Shown: positions 50,168 to 63,948, counted from the stretch's first letter. The stretch is 64,000 nt of DNA from Octopus bimaculoides (GCF_001194135.2 NC_068982.1:59014782-59078781), one strand, 5' to 3'. Notes: generated by a model not told the origin, from the sequence alone. Made by a program: numbers and translations.

Positions 50168-50363
50168 AGTAGCGAGTTGGCTGAATTGTTAGCATAGCGG
50201 ACAAAATGCTGAGCAGCACTTCTTCCATCTTTACCTTCTGAGTTCAAATTCCACCGGGGTCGATAAAATAAGTAACAGTTGAGCACTGAGGTCGAAGTCG
50301 GTGCAATTGACTTCCCTCCTCCTCTGGTTATGTTAGCCTTGTGCCAAAGTTTGAGACTGATAT
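50168..50363 (+). mobile_element. SINE family C, diverged
   Basis: ttctgagttcaaattcc...ggggtcgataaaataagta.cagttgagcact...ccttgtgccaaagtttga. Confidence 0.8.
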
Positions 50364-50458
50364 TACATTAGTAATATGTTATGATAAACGTTATATTGTA
50401 AATTATGAGACATTATTTAGATGCTGCATATGTTAGTTGGATGTCACATTAGTTAGGT

Positions 50459-50781
50459 TGTTGGCACTCCGTCGCTTACGACGTCGAGGGTTCCAGTTGA
50501 TCCGATCAACGGAACAGCCTGCTTGTGAAATTAACGTGCAAGTGGGGATATTCAGCATGACACAGTGTGACAAGGCTGACCCTTTGAATTACAGGCACAA
50601 CAGGAACAGGAAGTAAGAGAAAGTTGTGGTGAAAGAGTACAGCAGGGTTCGCCACCATCCCCTACCGGAGCTTTAGGTGTTTTCGCTCAATAAACACTCA
50701 CAATGCCCAGTCTGGGAATCGAAACCGCGATCCTATGACCACGCGTCCGCTACCCTAACCACTGGGCCATAGCGCCTCCAG
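50459..50781 (-). mobile_element. SINE family A with internal deletions
   Basis: TSD ATTAGTTAGGT at 50448-50458 and 50782-50792. Confidence 0.88.
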
Positions 50782-51054
50782 ATTAGTTAGGTAGATGGTA
50801 CATTACTTATATTACAATAATTAGTTAAACATTACATTTGGCATATTCATTCATCTCTTAGAAAAAAATGCATGATTTCAATTTTACCCCCCCNNNNNNN
50901 NNNTTTTCCCCCCCCCCCCCAATGGAATTGATCATGTCTTGTAGTGACTAACATCACTATTTATTGAAGAATTTCGATCTACAGACTGGTTAATATAAAT
51001 TATTTTCCATATAAGAATTTGTCATAACACCAAATTGACAATAAACTAATAAAC

Positions 51055-51253
51055 CTTTTAATCATATGCACAGGACCTGAAATATTTTAGGGGAAGAGGA
51101 CAGTCTATTACATTGACCCCAGTGCTCAGCTGGTACTTACTTTATCCTGAAGGATGAAAGGCAAGGTCAACCGTGGTAGAATTTGAACTTAGGACGTGAT
51201 ACCGCTAAGCGTTTTATCTGGTATGCTAATGATTCTGCTAGCTTACCGCCTTA
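51055..51253 (-). mobile_element. SINE family C, diverged
   Basis: cattgaccccagtgctcagctggtactta...aggatgaaaggcaaggtcaa. Confidence 0.75.
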
Positions 51254-52821
51254 TCATAAATTAAGGATAACACTTTATTTCATTCATCAACACTAAAACT
51301 TCATTATTAATGGTTGCATTTCTTACATAAACTTGTGTGTGTGTGTGGTGCATGTGTATGTATGTGAAAGAGAGAGGTAGAGAGAGAGGGAGTGAATATT
51401 GAAATATCGTCTATTTTTGCACTGAGTTTTATTGAACAAATTATCCTGCTTATGATACTGGAATAGATGAAAATGCGACATATGTTTTTAGCTTTCTCTT
51501 TTCTAAAACAATCATATTTTGATGTGCTTAGGAATATTTATGCTTATCTCTCTCTCTCTCTNNNNNNNNNNNNNNNNNNNNNNNNNNNNNNNNNNNNNNN
51601 NNNNNNNNNNNNNNNNNNNNNNNNNNNNNNNNNNNNNNNNNNNNNNNNNNNNNNNNNNNNNNNNNNNNNNNNNNNNNNNNNNNNNNNNNNNNNNNNNNNN
51701 NNNNNNNNNNNNNNNNNNNNNNNNNNNNNNNNNNNNNNNNNNNNNNNNNNNNNNNNNNNNNNNNNNNNNNNNNNNNNNNNNNGTAGATAGATAGGTAGAT
51801 AGATAGGTAGATAGATAGGTAGATAGATAGGTAGATAGATAGATAGATACATACATACATACATACATACATACATACATACACGTATGTATGTTTAACT
51901 GCATGTACAACAGTAAAGAAACAAAAGAGAGGAGAAAACAACTTCACAAAACTGCTTCACAAAGTGCAACACTGAGTTTCACAAGCTTGAAAAGTTAATC
52001 AAATGAATTTATATGCACATGAACAACAAATTAATGAAATTGAATAAAAAAAAACCCATTGTATATTCACATTGATTGTAGAAATCCGTACAACGATATT
52101 AAACATGACATTCTAAGTTTTTCCGCAAAGTTCACCATCTATTCTCTTAACTTAGAAACTAAGGAAATAGATACCGTTTGAGAGATAGACAACAGGGGTG
52201 AATTTTAAGTTTTTACGACATACCTAGGGACCACGAACAAAATTTTTGTTAATAAAGCAATTTTGGTTTCATAGTATTAGTAAAAATCTGTTATGTAAAT
52301 TTACTCAGTTTGGTATAATTGAATTTCTATCACTTGCTAACTGAATCTTTGTTTGAAAAGCATTAGTTTTCACCAATAATCATATTTCAAACACTAAAAC
52401 TGATATCAAAACGATCACGCATTAAGAAAACCATTGATTTCTTGTGATAATGATGCTAATTCTTTTATTGTAGCAAAGGGTAGCCAAGACTCCGCAGAAA
52501 TTTGTGAGATTATTGGTATTTATATTTTATGTTTTTTTATGTAAGTTTAATTTGCAATGTGGCTTGCATCGACATGATAGACTTATTATCATACAGAAGA
52601 TGAATAGTTAAATTAATGTAGAATTAGAAAAAAATGGCACAAATTTGTATACACTTGATTTTATAAATTTTGCCTTTTATTTCAAAACAAATAAATTCTC
52701 AGCCAAATGAAACGTTAATATATACATCACTTCAAACCACCCACTCGCCAATTAATATTAATGATTTAGTGAAGATATTAGTAAACTGCTATATATGTGA
52801 GCTAGATAGATAGACAGAGGG

Positions 52822-52883
<62 letters not shown>

Positions 52884-53469
52884 GAAAATCGCCAGACATG
52901 GGGTTTCAACTTGATTTCGGACCCTCAGTGACAAATTCCCTATACATTCTGAGCAAAGCTGAAAATACTTGTTTCAATGAAGAAATCGTTAAACAATATA
53001 GTTCATATAAAAGTAGGCCAGGCGAGACTTAAATTAATTTACACATTGAAACAGTCTTGGATTTAGATATCAGCGAATATGATATCTATAATGTGCGTAC
53101 TGATGTGAAATGGGACAAGCTGTAACATTTTGTTCAAAAAAACAAAACAAAAAAAAAAGCAGCATTATGAACAAAGCCTTGTATTTTTTAATACAGAAGC
53201 TTTTTGTGGGTGTTTCTTGGAAAGAAAATATTACAGCCAGTGTTGTCTCACGTTTGTATACCCACAAAAGTTATATAGACCAGCAATTAACTTTTCATCA
53301 TTACTGGAGAATCAGTAAAATATAAAACACGGAATCACAGCTTGGAAAGTTTCAACGTTGGCATGAGTTGTGAGAGACTGACTGCTGTTTCTGGCAATTC
53401 CAACTAATGCATAGAAATTACCTCCTTGGCTCATAGTATCTATCTTTCTCTGATTTAGTGGTATGTATT

Positions 53470-53679
53470 ATATTGATTTCAAATTTTGCCCCATGGTCGA
53501 GGGAGGGTGTAAGCCGATTACATCGACCCAGTAATCGACTGGTATTTAATTTTATCGACCCTGAAAGAATGAAAGACAATGACGACCTTGATAGAATTTG
53601 AACTGAGAACGTAAAGATGCACGAAATGCCGCTAAGCATTTCTCCCAGTGCGGTAACGATTCTACCAGCTCACCGCCTT
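53470..53679 (-). mobile_element. SINE family C
   Basis: Full head, core and tail match. Confidence 0.85.
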
Positions 53680-54372
53680 AGTGGTGTATATTATATCAAG
53701 CTTCTTTCCCCTCCACCGCTACTGCTAACCTTGCAACATATAATTGAAGGATTAATTGTAAAAATTTAGTTCTAAAATATATTACAAGTTAGAAAGCATG
53801 AAGTAAGCACTGTAAATTCTCAGATCTAACCATCTCTCGTTTACTGAAGTATATGAGTAGCTGGCATCGTAATATAGTTGTGTGGTTAAGAAATTTCTTT
53901 TGTAGCCACATGTTTCCAGGTTGGTGACCAATGGTTTCATGTCAATCAAAACCTTGTGAATGGAATTTGGTAAATGGAAACTACGCAAATTTCCATTAGG
54001 TGTATATGTTGGAGAAATTCTACTTTAACCTACGAACTGCTGTCACTGAACAGAAGAATGTAAGTTTAGGATAATGCAAACAGAAGAAACTTGTTGCTAC
54101 AGAAATTTCAAATACAGAGAGGTTAGCTTTCATTCTGCTTTAATGAGAGTGACCTGTTGATTGCTAAAGGACTGTGCAATACGAAATAGGTATAAATCAT
54201 ATTACTTTGCTTTTCACTAGCACAAAAAGAGGGCACTAAAGTTTACTGTCGAATCTCTTCCAACCAATGAGTTACAAAAGCCAGTAATAATTCTTTCCAC
54301 CATCTCAGTTTTCAGAATTCACATCTATATAGCCTGAACGATCACTCCATGCATGAAACGAGGAACAGCTAT

Positions 54373-54749
54373 TGTTGTTGTTGGCACTCCGTCGCTTACG
54401 ACGTCGAGGGTTCCAGTTGATCCGATCAACGGAACAGCCTGCTCGCGAAATTAACGTGCAAGTGGCTGAGCACTCCACAGACACGTGTATCCTCGGAGAT
54501 ATTCAGTGTAAGACAGTGTGACAAGGTTGACCCTTTGAATTACAGGCACAACAGAAACAGGAAGTAAGAGTGAGAGAAAGTTGTGGTGAAAGAGTACAGC
54601 AGGGTTCGCCACCATCCCCTGCTGGATCTTCGTGGAGCTTTTAGGTGTTTACGCTCAATAAACACTCACAACGCCCGGTCTGGGAATCGAAACCGCAATC
54701 CTACGACCGCGAGTCCGCTGCCCTAACCACTGGGCCATTGCGCCTCCAC
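54373..54749 (-). mobile_element. SINE family A, full length
   Basis: TSD GGAACAGCTAT at 54362-54372 and 54751-54761. Confidence 0.9.
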
Positions 54750-55519
54750 TGGAACAGCTATAAAATGAATCAAACTTCACACACAAAAACAAACACACAC
54801 ATACCCACACATGTGTGACTATTTGAGTGAGAAAGCGAGAGCAAGAGAGAGCAAGAAGATAAATTGAAGTGGGATTTTGTCAAATGGAAACATCTGTGGT
54901 ATTAGCTCTGCCTCAGTTGCCTCTTATATCCCTGGTTGTTGTTACCTACCAGTCTAGTCCAAGGTTGATAGAATAAGTACCAGACGAAATACCAAGGTCG
55001 ATTTAAAAGACTAAAACCATTTAAGGCAATATTCTTATCCACAATCCGATAACTGAAACCAGAAAGAAAAAAAGTTTCAAAATAAAAATAAAAGAATCTG
55101 TGTTTCATACTAAACACACATTCTCCATATGTTTATTAATGAAGACACATACTGAGGAACTTTCTTTCCCACATAACTCCTTAGACACAGATAAGTAGAA
55201 TAGATTAAAGATCTGAATCTTGAGGGCTGACAGTTATTTTGATATACTTCATTAAGTATGACTAGCTCAGAAAGAAAGAAAGAGGTGAATTTTTATAAAG
55301 TCCTTGACTTCTTGGAAAATTCTTACCTGACAAGAGTAAGCTAATAAGTAAGATTATGAATAAATGTTAAGTATGTGTTTATATTTACAGCTACAAGTAT
55401 GTACGATTATATGTCGATATTGTGTGTGTACCGCTGTATATATATAAGTTTGTATGTATGTTTGCATCTTAGTGTTTCTCTTAACATACATACATTAGGT
55501 ACACAGGCATATATACCTA

Positions 55520-55550
<31 letters not shown>

Positions 55551-56230
55551 ATATATATAAAATGGATGTGTGTATGTGTAATGAATGTATATAAACACAT
55601 GGATTTCTCTATATGTGTATATGCAAATGACTTGTGGTCTGCGAATGTTTGGTTGTTTTAGGAGAAATTTTAAAACTTGTTGACTTTATTCATGCAAAAC
55701 CTCTGACAAATAAAATATATGTGTTTATGAGTGTACTTATTGTGTGCAAAGGGAACATGTAATAAAAACGATTTTGGCACGGAGCAAAAGTGGCACCAAC
55801 AACGGTGGTGGATGTGGTGATGATGTTGGAACGGTTCAATGTTCATTGTTTATTGCATAGTAGATGGGAACAGATGACCAGTCATCTGTCAGGAACAGAA
55901 TATCTTAAATTGTGAAAATTACTGGATAATATTTGTTTAACATCTTCATACAGCAGCATTTGGAAGTACTTAGATTGTCTTTCTAAACCGACACTGTCTT
56001 CTACCTCCATGTCCTTATCTGTGATGGTGCTGTATGCTGCTCCATTCTCTGGCCCAAAGGCAAAAATCTATTAAGCCTGTCTGTATTTTGACAAAGCTTA
56101 TCTGTAGATGATATCTTAGTGATTCATTTGTTAACTGCAGCAGTTCTTAAAATGGTTTGGAGAAGAAGGAAGAGAAGATATGTATATATTATTGTGGTGG
56201 TAGTAGTTGTGAGGGTGATGGCGATAGTGG

Positions 56231-56307
<77 letters not shown>

Positions 56308-57110
56308 CAGGAAGCAAGAAATGGAAAAGACAGTCGATCCAAGGAGAGCAGATAGCACATAGAAGGATAGATAGAATGATGGTGGCCTGAGTGAAGAGGG
56401 AGTGAAGGAGTAGCAAGACAGAGAGAGATAGAAATTGAATAGAGAGAGGGTAAAGAGAGAGGGAGACAATAAGAGAGACAGAAGCCAAAATAGAAATAAA
56501 TAATGTTTGTGATTTGAAGAGAGAAATGACAATATATGTATGTATATATGTGTGTGTGTGGCAGGGTGTATATCTGTCTATTTGTAGGTATGTATATATG
56601 TCTATATATACAGAAAGAGAGAGACAGAAGGAGGGAATAGAGATAGAAATGACATCAGATATATACTTATGCGCGTGTGTGTGTGTGTGTGTGTGTGCAT
56701 AATCTTAGTCCATATTAATTGCCATAGAGGACTCATCAGCAGCCTATCTTAGTCAATTTGCTCAAATCCTTTGACCTTTAGCCTCTAACTGATAAATCCC
56801 AGCATGCACTCTGCTAAAATGACAGTAAAATCTTTACTATAGAATGTAATTTCTTGGCGTGGTGGACCGAAGTGGGTGAAGTCAAAACTGATGTATTTAG
56901 TTTAACAAATAATTTTCAGCAAACTGATATCTGTCAGCCAGGGATATCCAATTAAATATCTTGTTTATACTATTTGATATACGACTAACATGATAAAGGC
57001 CTGTGATATTTTCAGATAAAATGTATTTATTCATTTCTTTGCATTAAAATGATGCAGAGGAGGAAAAGAAGAAGAAATCTGGAAGGAATTTCATGAGTGT
57101 GTATACGTGC

Positions 57111-57146
<36 letters not shown>

Positions 57147-57973
57147 ACATGTGCATGTGTGTAAATACGTGTTTGTCTGTGTATATGTGCGTTTATGTCT
57201 GTGTAGAAATATGTTAGTATGTGTGTTTGTGTATATATATGCATATATGATGATGATGATGATGATGATATGTCTGCGTATGTGTGTGTGTTGTTATATG
57301 TGAGCATGTATAACCATGGGCCAGTGTGTGTATCTATGCGAATGCGTTTGCAAGGGGGGTGCATGTGAGAGAACGATAGAGAGAGAAAAAAAGATCAAAA
57401 ATGAGAGAGGAAGAAAAACAGAGAAATTTCTGAGTTGTCCTTTTTAGAAGGATTTTTTTTTTTGTGTTGTTAAAAACTTTCCTGTATACCTGTGACCCAT
57501 GCTGGCATAAAAATTTACCATTTTATTACAGCAAAGATGGAAATATTATTGATATTCTTCATGTATCTATGCTGTTGCTTCTGGTAGTTAAAGTAATGAT
57601 GTTGTATAATAATAGTTTTCTCAGAGAGGCAATAATGCCACTGTAGGTGGTTTCCATGTTTAGGGTACCATGGGAGACAATGAAACCATAGTTTTAATTA
57701 GACTTAGTTTTATGTGAAAATAATATCATAGATTGTATTTTTTAATATTTTGGTATTTTCATTCACATAGATCTGGATTATTTCTCAAGATCTAAAAAAA
57801 AAAAAAAAAAAAAGCAAGCAAGTGTGTTGATATATTGAAGAATAAAATGACAAGCCTAAAGAAAAGTTACCATCAAAATCTGCTTGGTTTACATTATATC
57901 TTTTTAAGTAGAGTCACAAAAGAAACAAGGGTGAAAGAATAAAATGGTTGACCACAATGAAACCATAAATATT

Positions 57974-58227
57974 TATTAGTGACAGAGACAGTATTAATAC
58001 CAAGGGGTAATATTTATCCCCACTTAAATGTGGATGTTCTGTTAGAACAAACTATACTGTGGTAGATACCATGAGAGAAACTCTGATATTGGCTTTTGGA
58101 GCAAGATGCACTCTTGTTTATATCGCATGTGGGGAGATAAATCCCTGCCATCTCCAGTGCTGAGACCATCAGATCACATGATTTTAACCTTTCTTGGTCT
58201 TGTCAATGATGGCTCCTCAACAACTAG
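57974..58227 (+). repeat. Unclassified interspersed repeat F (copy 2)
   Basis: Colinear with 25934-26190. Confidence 0.85.
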
Positions 58228-59393
58228 GGATACATGTTGTTTAGCATTGATTCAGGAATGAATGAGCAGTCCTATGGTCAAAGGCATTCCAACCATGACC
58301 ATCCTAATTTGTTGAATATATAGGATTACATTGGACAATGTGCCCTTTATTTTTAGATATGGCAAGGTGTGATTTCAAACAACTATATCTACTATTTTTT
58401 TACAGGTCAAGGGTCCCTGGAGAGGCACCCTCACTGGGTCACACAAACATACTATACATCCAGTTGTAAAACATATAATCTTATTGAGTGTGTTATTGTA
58501 GCTCTTGATCCTATTTTTGAGATGGAATATCGTCTTAGCATAGACAGTCAACACACATCCTCTCGAAAGCAATTAGTTTCTGGTTTAACAAATGGAATCA
58601 ACTTTAAATGAAGATTATTAAAGATGCCAAATTATACCCATTACAAAGTGAGAGCAATTGGAATTTGAAGGAGTTGACAATTAGGATATTCTCATCTCAT
58701 CTGTCCATTATCTTCGGTAGTTTATAAATCTATCTCCACGCCAAAGCTGTTGTGTAGTCCTAAGTTAGTCATAACTGAGTAGATCCATCATCAAAAACAA
58801 TCTAGCCTGAGTGAGAGAGATTAAGCTGCTATTTTTCAGAGAGCCAAAGACTATGTAGAGGTTTTCTGCATTCAGGTACAATTCTTCCTGAGTTCTCTAC
58901 AATAATTTTCCCAGTTTCATGATTAATAAAACTAACAAACTGTAATTTAGAAAGCCACAGCAATACCATCCAGGAAAGATTAAATACAAATAATTACAAG
59001 GATTAAACTTTTACCATAAAATATGTTGTTCCTGACTTAGACTCAAGACCAACAATTTTGAGGGGAATAGGATAATTAATAACAATGACTCCAAAACCAG
59101 ACTGATACTTAACTTCATAAATCACAGAGGGAGGAAAATTAATGTCGATGTTGGCTGGATTTGAACTCAATGAAAAAGCAGGAACAAATAAGGCAAGGCA
59201 TTTTTTCCAGTGCTCAAATGATTTTGCTCACTTGCCACCCATTCCAAAGAGTGGGAACAAGAATATGCTTGATTTTTGTTGCAGTTTCAGTCAGTATGTG
59301 ACAGTAAACCAGGTAGTGGGATGACCCTGCAGCGATAAATTATGTTGCATGGCATATCTCTCAGAGATTTTATGTCATAAATCTATTGTCAGT

Positions 59394-59773
59394 TGTTGTT
59401 GTTGGCACTCCGTCGCTTACGACGTCAAGGGTTCCAGTTGATCTGATCAACGGAACAGCCTGCTCGTGAAATTAACATGCAAGTGGCTGAGCACTCCACA
59501 GACACGTGTACCCTTAACGTAGTTCTCGGGGATGTTCAGCATGACACAGAGTGTGACACGGCTGACCCTTTGAATTACAAGCATAACAGAAACAGGAAGA
59601 AAGAGTGAGAGAAAGTTGTGGTGAAAGGGTACAGCAGGGTTCGCCACCATCCCCTGCCGGCGCCTTGTGGAGCTTTAGGTGTTTTCACTCAAGAAACACC
59701 GGTCTGGGAATCAAAACCGTGATCTTATGACCGCGAGCCTGCTGCCCTAACCACTGGGCCATTGTGCCTCCAC
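59394..59773 (-). mobile_element. SINE family A, full length
   Basis: TSD CTATTGTCAGT at 59383-59393 and 59774-59784. Confidence 0.9.
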
Positions 59774-61118
59774 CTATTGTCAGTAGATAGAGTTAATTCC
59801 ACATTTGCGCATGGAAGGACTAAGTTCAAAATTTGTCTTATACAGAGTAGAGTGAATGTTGGTTAAATTAACTAACAGGCTTCATTCAAATCTTTTTGTT
59901 GCAGTTCCAGTCAGTATGTGTCAGTAAGACCGTGTAGCATGAAGAAAGGGGAGTGATAAATTATATTGCATGGCATGTGTAGTATTTTTTAAATTTTATT
60001 TCTGTTATCAGTGTGCAGAAGGATTGGGTTCAAAGTTTGCATTATATAGGGTACAATGAATGTTGGTTAGATTAACCTATGGGCTTGATTTAAATCTTGT
60101 TGGTTTTTAATGCCTGGTCTATGTTGTCTGCTGAGGATAGCTTCTTTGATCTGCAAATCTTTATCTAAAACTGTAATTCATACGATAGCTGGTATTTGAT
60201 ATTAAAGCTTCTGGTTTATTGTCCATGTAAGTAAACTGAAGTTGTGTAAAACAATAGTATCAGTCAATGTCTTGGGATTCAGTCACCAGATGTTATAAAC
60301 ATTTATAAAGACTACCCAATTTTTCTACTAATAATTCCAATATGTAAAATTGTTGTTTAGATTTATTACTACTAAAGAGTAAAAGACTTGATGTTGGTGA
60401 GATTAACTGGTGTGCATTTCATGTGTGTGTATGTGTGTTAATTCTTTTGTCACTTACTTTTCCACTCAAGCAGGGGTCATATGTAACTTACTGAGGCCAA
60501 TTTTATACAGCTGGATGCTCCTCCTGTTACAAACACTCACCTCTTCCCAAGTAAAGTGATAATTCTTCTAGTCCTTTAAGCAATGAAAAAATCAATGCCT
60601 GAATATGCTTTTGTATTTGTGGCAAAATATAAGTAATGACCAACAGTGACCTTCTTTTCAAGCAGTGCAAGAAAAAATTCATAGATATACATATATATAC
60701 ACACATATACATACATATATTTTTGGTCTGTCATTAACAATTATAACTGACTCCATGAATCAATCACATAGTGGGATCATCAGATCAACAACTTGTTGGT
60801 ACCACTTCTCATTCATATTGTTCAAATTTGCTCTAATCCTCACATGTGCATGGATATGAGCTATTAACCATTAAGCAAAATAAGCACGTGCTTAGGGCAT
60901 CAAGGGAAGGAGGAGGCACCACAGAAATGGTAAATTGTTTACAGAACAAAAGCAATCACTTTAAACTTGCTAAAATAATATTCAGAATGCCTTTCTCTGT
61001 ACTAAGTATAGATGCAGATGTGTTATCTAAGATTAATTTTGAGGATCTCATCAAAGACTTCTTAATTCAAAAATGTAGGAGGAAACTTTTCAAATATAAA
61101 TAAAGTGGAAGTAAACAA

Positions 61119-61245
61119 AAACTAGAAAAGCACTCGGAGAGTGCAGACCTCCACCAAGCAGCTCATTTCCACCCATATACACACATGCTGAAAATTGCCC
61201 AATTTCCCAAACCAACACCAGCAAAAACATAACCTCCTCCCATAC
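61119..61245 (-). mobile_element. Short HINE/Helentron-type element
   Basis: AACTAGAAAA, perfect hairpin GCACTC-GGA-GAGTGC, subterminal GACCTCCACC. The far end is AAAAACATAACCTCCT. Confidence 0.65.
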
Positions 61246-61612
61246 TTATCTCGACCATCGTTATCATCAACACTGTCTCTGCTTTCACCACAATCACCGT
61301 CAAAACTATGATCACCACTATCAGTTTCTTTACACAGTTGAAAATCCATTATCCGATATTCATGGGACTGAGATTGTTGCAGATTTTTGGTTTTTCTAAT
61401 TTCACTGTGCTTTATTAAAAAAAAAAAATTGCATCTACTAAACGGAACAGCTTGAGGATAGAAACCAAGTCTAAACACAATAGCTTATAGACATACTCTG
61501 AATGTAGTTCTATATAAATCTTTATTAATTTTTTTTATACTTAAGACCATTAGAAATGTTAAGATATCAGCCTCTACCCACGTTGTTATGCTTTGACTAA
61601 AAGGTTACAGCA

Positions 61613-62072
61613 TAGATTAGATTACTTAGATATTTCGGCCGAATTTGACTCAGGCCATGTCTAATTTAATAGCACCACCGGGAAGTGATACAGAGTCAGT
61701 TCTGGGGAACCGTAGCCCATTCAAGCAGAGGGTCATTGTTTTCAGAGACATATCTGGGTGTGGGTGGGGATCGTTTGAATGCCATGAAATCACTTTCCTC
61801 TTTTATGTGTGTCTGGCACGATGTTGAAGAGAGCAAGGCCAATTGAGGTGAAATAGTTCCGTCATAGTGTTGTGATATGACACGAACATTTCTGTAGTGG
61901 ACAGATGGCAGGGGGGTCAAGCCTCGGACGAATTTTAAAGATGGGCAATGTTGATGGAATATTTTCCACATCATACAGAAGATATAGAGCTCACAGTGGC
62001 AGTAGAGGGAGCAAAGCACGAGCCTTTCAAGTCGATCCCAATAGTCAAGGCTTGTCATGTCCTCCTCCGCAA
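61613..62072 (-). mobile_element. CR1-group LINE 3' end
   Basis: Minus strand LDYWDRLERLVLCSLYCHCELYIFCMMWKIFHQHCP (LxYxERLxxLxLxSLxxRR-like) through PPTPRYVSENNDPLLEW, with a short (TAATC) tail. Confidence 0.75.
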
Positions 62073-62437
62073 ACCTCCACCAAGCAGCTCATTTTAAGAT
62101 AAATACGCGAGTAAAATTACTAATAGAGAAACGAAAATAAACTTTGGAAACACCACCATAGGCTATGTGGAAACAATGAACGTGTTTTCAAGTGAGATAA
62201 TCAAAGAATGTAATATTGTAATACTTCATGTAAAGTAAATATAACAAATTAAAAATCCTTCAAGAATCCATAAAAATTCCCGGATCACTACCATCATCTG
62301 TTCCTTGTGTCATTACCAACTTTTCCTGCAAGTTTCATTAAATACCGTTAACACCTTTTTGAGTTATTTTGCACACGGACGGACAGACAGACAAACCAAC
62401 GCTGATGGAAACAACCTCCTTCCTTGGCAGAAGTAAT
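62073..62437 (-). mobile_element. HINE/Helentron-type element lacking its hairpin end
   Basis: Starts with a 22-bp block identical to 61147-61168, contains a (GACA)n tract, and ends AACAACCTCCTTCCTTGGCAGAAGTAAT. Confidence 0.65.
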
Positions 62438-63860
62438 AAACAACATTTTCCCTCTTACTGTTTTGTTTCGTTTTGAAAAGTAAAAATGTATTCTATGGTT
62501 TGTTATTGTTTATATTTTGAATTAGATAATCTTTTATGGGAACACCAAAAGCTTTTAAGTGCTTAGGGCCTCAATGGGTCTTAATACGGCCTTGTGTGAT
62601 GGACGACCAAACATCCATCACCATAGGACTTCATAAAATATAAAACAAACCAGGAAATTTCATCATACTGGGACATACATACACATACAACATCTTACAG
62701 TTCCTGTCAACCAATTCTCCTCACATGGCAATGGTCAACTCAGTGCCATAGATAGACACATTACCATATGGCATGAAAACACCTTGTGCACATGTACTCC
62801 CCACACAAACATGTATATATGTATCATTTAACATACACAGTTTTAAATAAGAACCACCAATAGTTTCCATGCCATAGAGACACAAGGCATATTATATAAA
62901 TCTGCTGAATTATCATGTCTCCATGGAATGAAACTATTAGCAGATCTTATTTAATTACTGTGTGCATTAAATGATATTTATCTTATGCTAGACGGAATAC
63001 TTTCTTTTGTTGATCCTACCCATAACAGAACGGTAAATTATGTATATATGTGTATATACATTCTAAACTTTTCTCATGTCACTAACAAACAAATTAAATA
63101 ATAGTAATAATAATGTGTCTAGGGATTAGTGAGTAGTGATAATAAACAATCAAATAACAGTAATGATAATGTCTAGTGATTAGTGATTAGCAATTAATGA
63201 TCAAGACTGGTTACAGTCTTACACAAAGATTGACTAATAAATGGGTTGTTGTTATAGAGTGGTTTGTTTGTGACTTTCTTTAGTATAGTGTGCAAGTATT
63301 GTTTGGTAAGTCAATTAGTCATTAAAAACTTTGAAATGAAAATGTCAAGTAGTTGATGTAAGAAGTGGTGATTTGGTGTGGCAACGGAGGCAGGAGACAT
63401 TTTCACACCACTGACTTGGAAATAAAGGCTAAATCAGTCATCTGGAACTAACAATGTTAAGGAGACAGACAAGAATGGCTTGAAGCCAGCATTCCAGGCA
63501 GTTAACATATGTTGAAGTTTAGCAAAAAGTCAAGATAACTATTTCCAAAGAAGCTGCGCAAAGGTATCTCTTTGGCTAGGCATTCATTTAAATTTTTGAT
63601 GTTGCAAAAGTTTGTGTGTGTGTGTGTGTGTGATTGTGTATTTGCATGTGTATATATTATTATGTGCATGTGTATGTGTTATGATTGTATGTATGATTGT
63701 GTATGACTGTGTATAAATCTATGTGTGCATGTATTTCTCTATGTGAGGGTGTTCATGCATGTGTGTTAGTGTGTATGTGCATATGAATTTATGTGTGTAC
63801 ATGTATTTCTTACACTTCTTTATGTAAGGGCCTTTAAACATGTGTGCATGTGTGTATGTA

Positions 63861-63948
<88 letters not shown>

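Larger units (their letters stand above)
60854..62594 (+). mobile_element. Internally deleted hAT element carrying nested insertions
   Basis: 60985-61103 encodes SVLSIDADVLSKINFEDLIKDFLIQKCRRKLF (hAT dimerisation-domain C-terminus). The right end GGGTCTTAATACGGCCTTG is TIR-like, the left end ..TATTAACCATT is a decayed counterpart, and GTGCTTAGGGC occurs near both ends. Confidence 0.6.

Noticed and set aside
10381-51947. Long ORFs of 100-443 aa containing X runs
   Set aside because: They are open only because N-gaps and flanking microsatellites contain no stop codons.
6966-53679. Apparent minus-strand bias of SINE-C copies, suggesting an intron of an oriented gene
   Set aside because: Families A and B occur on both strands, and the numbers are too small to mean anything.
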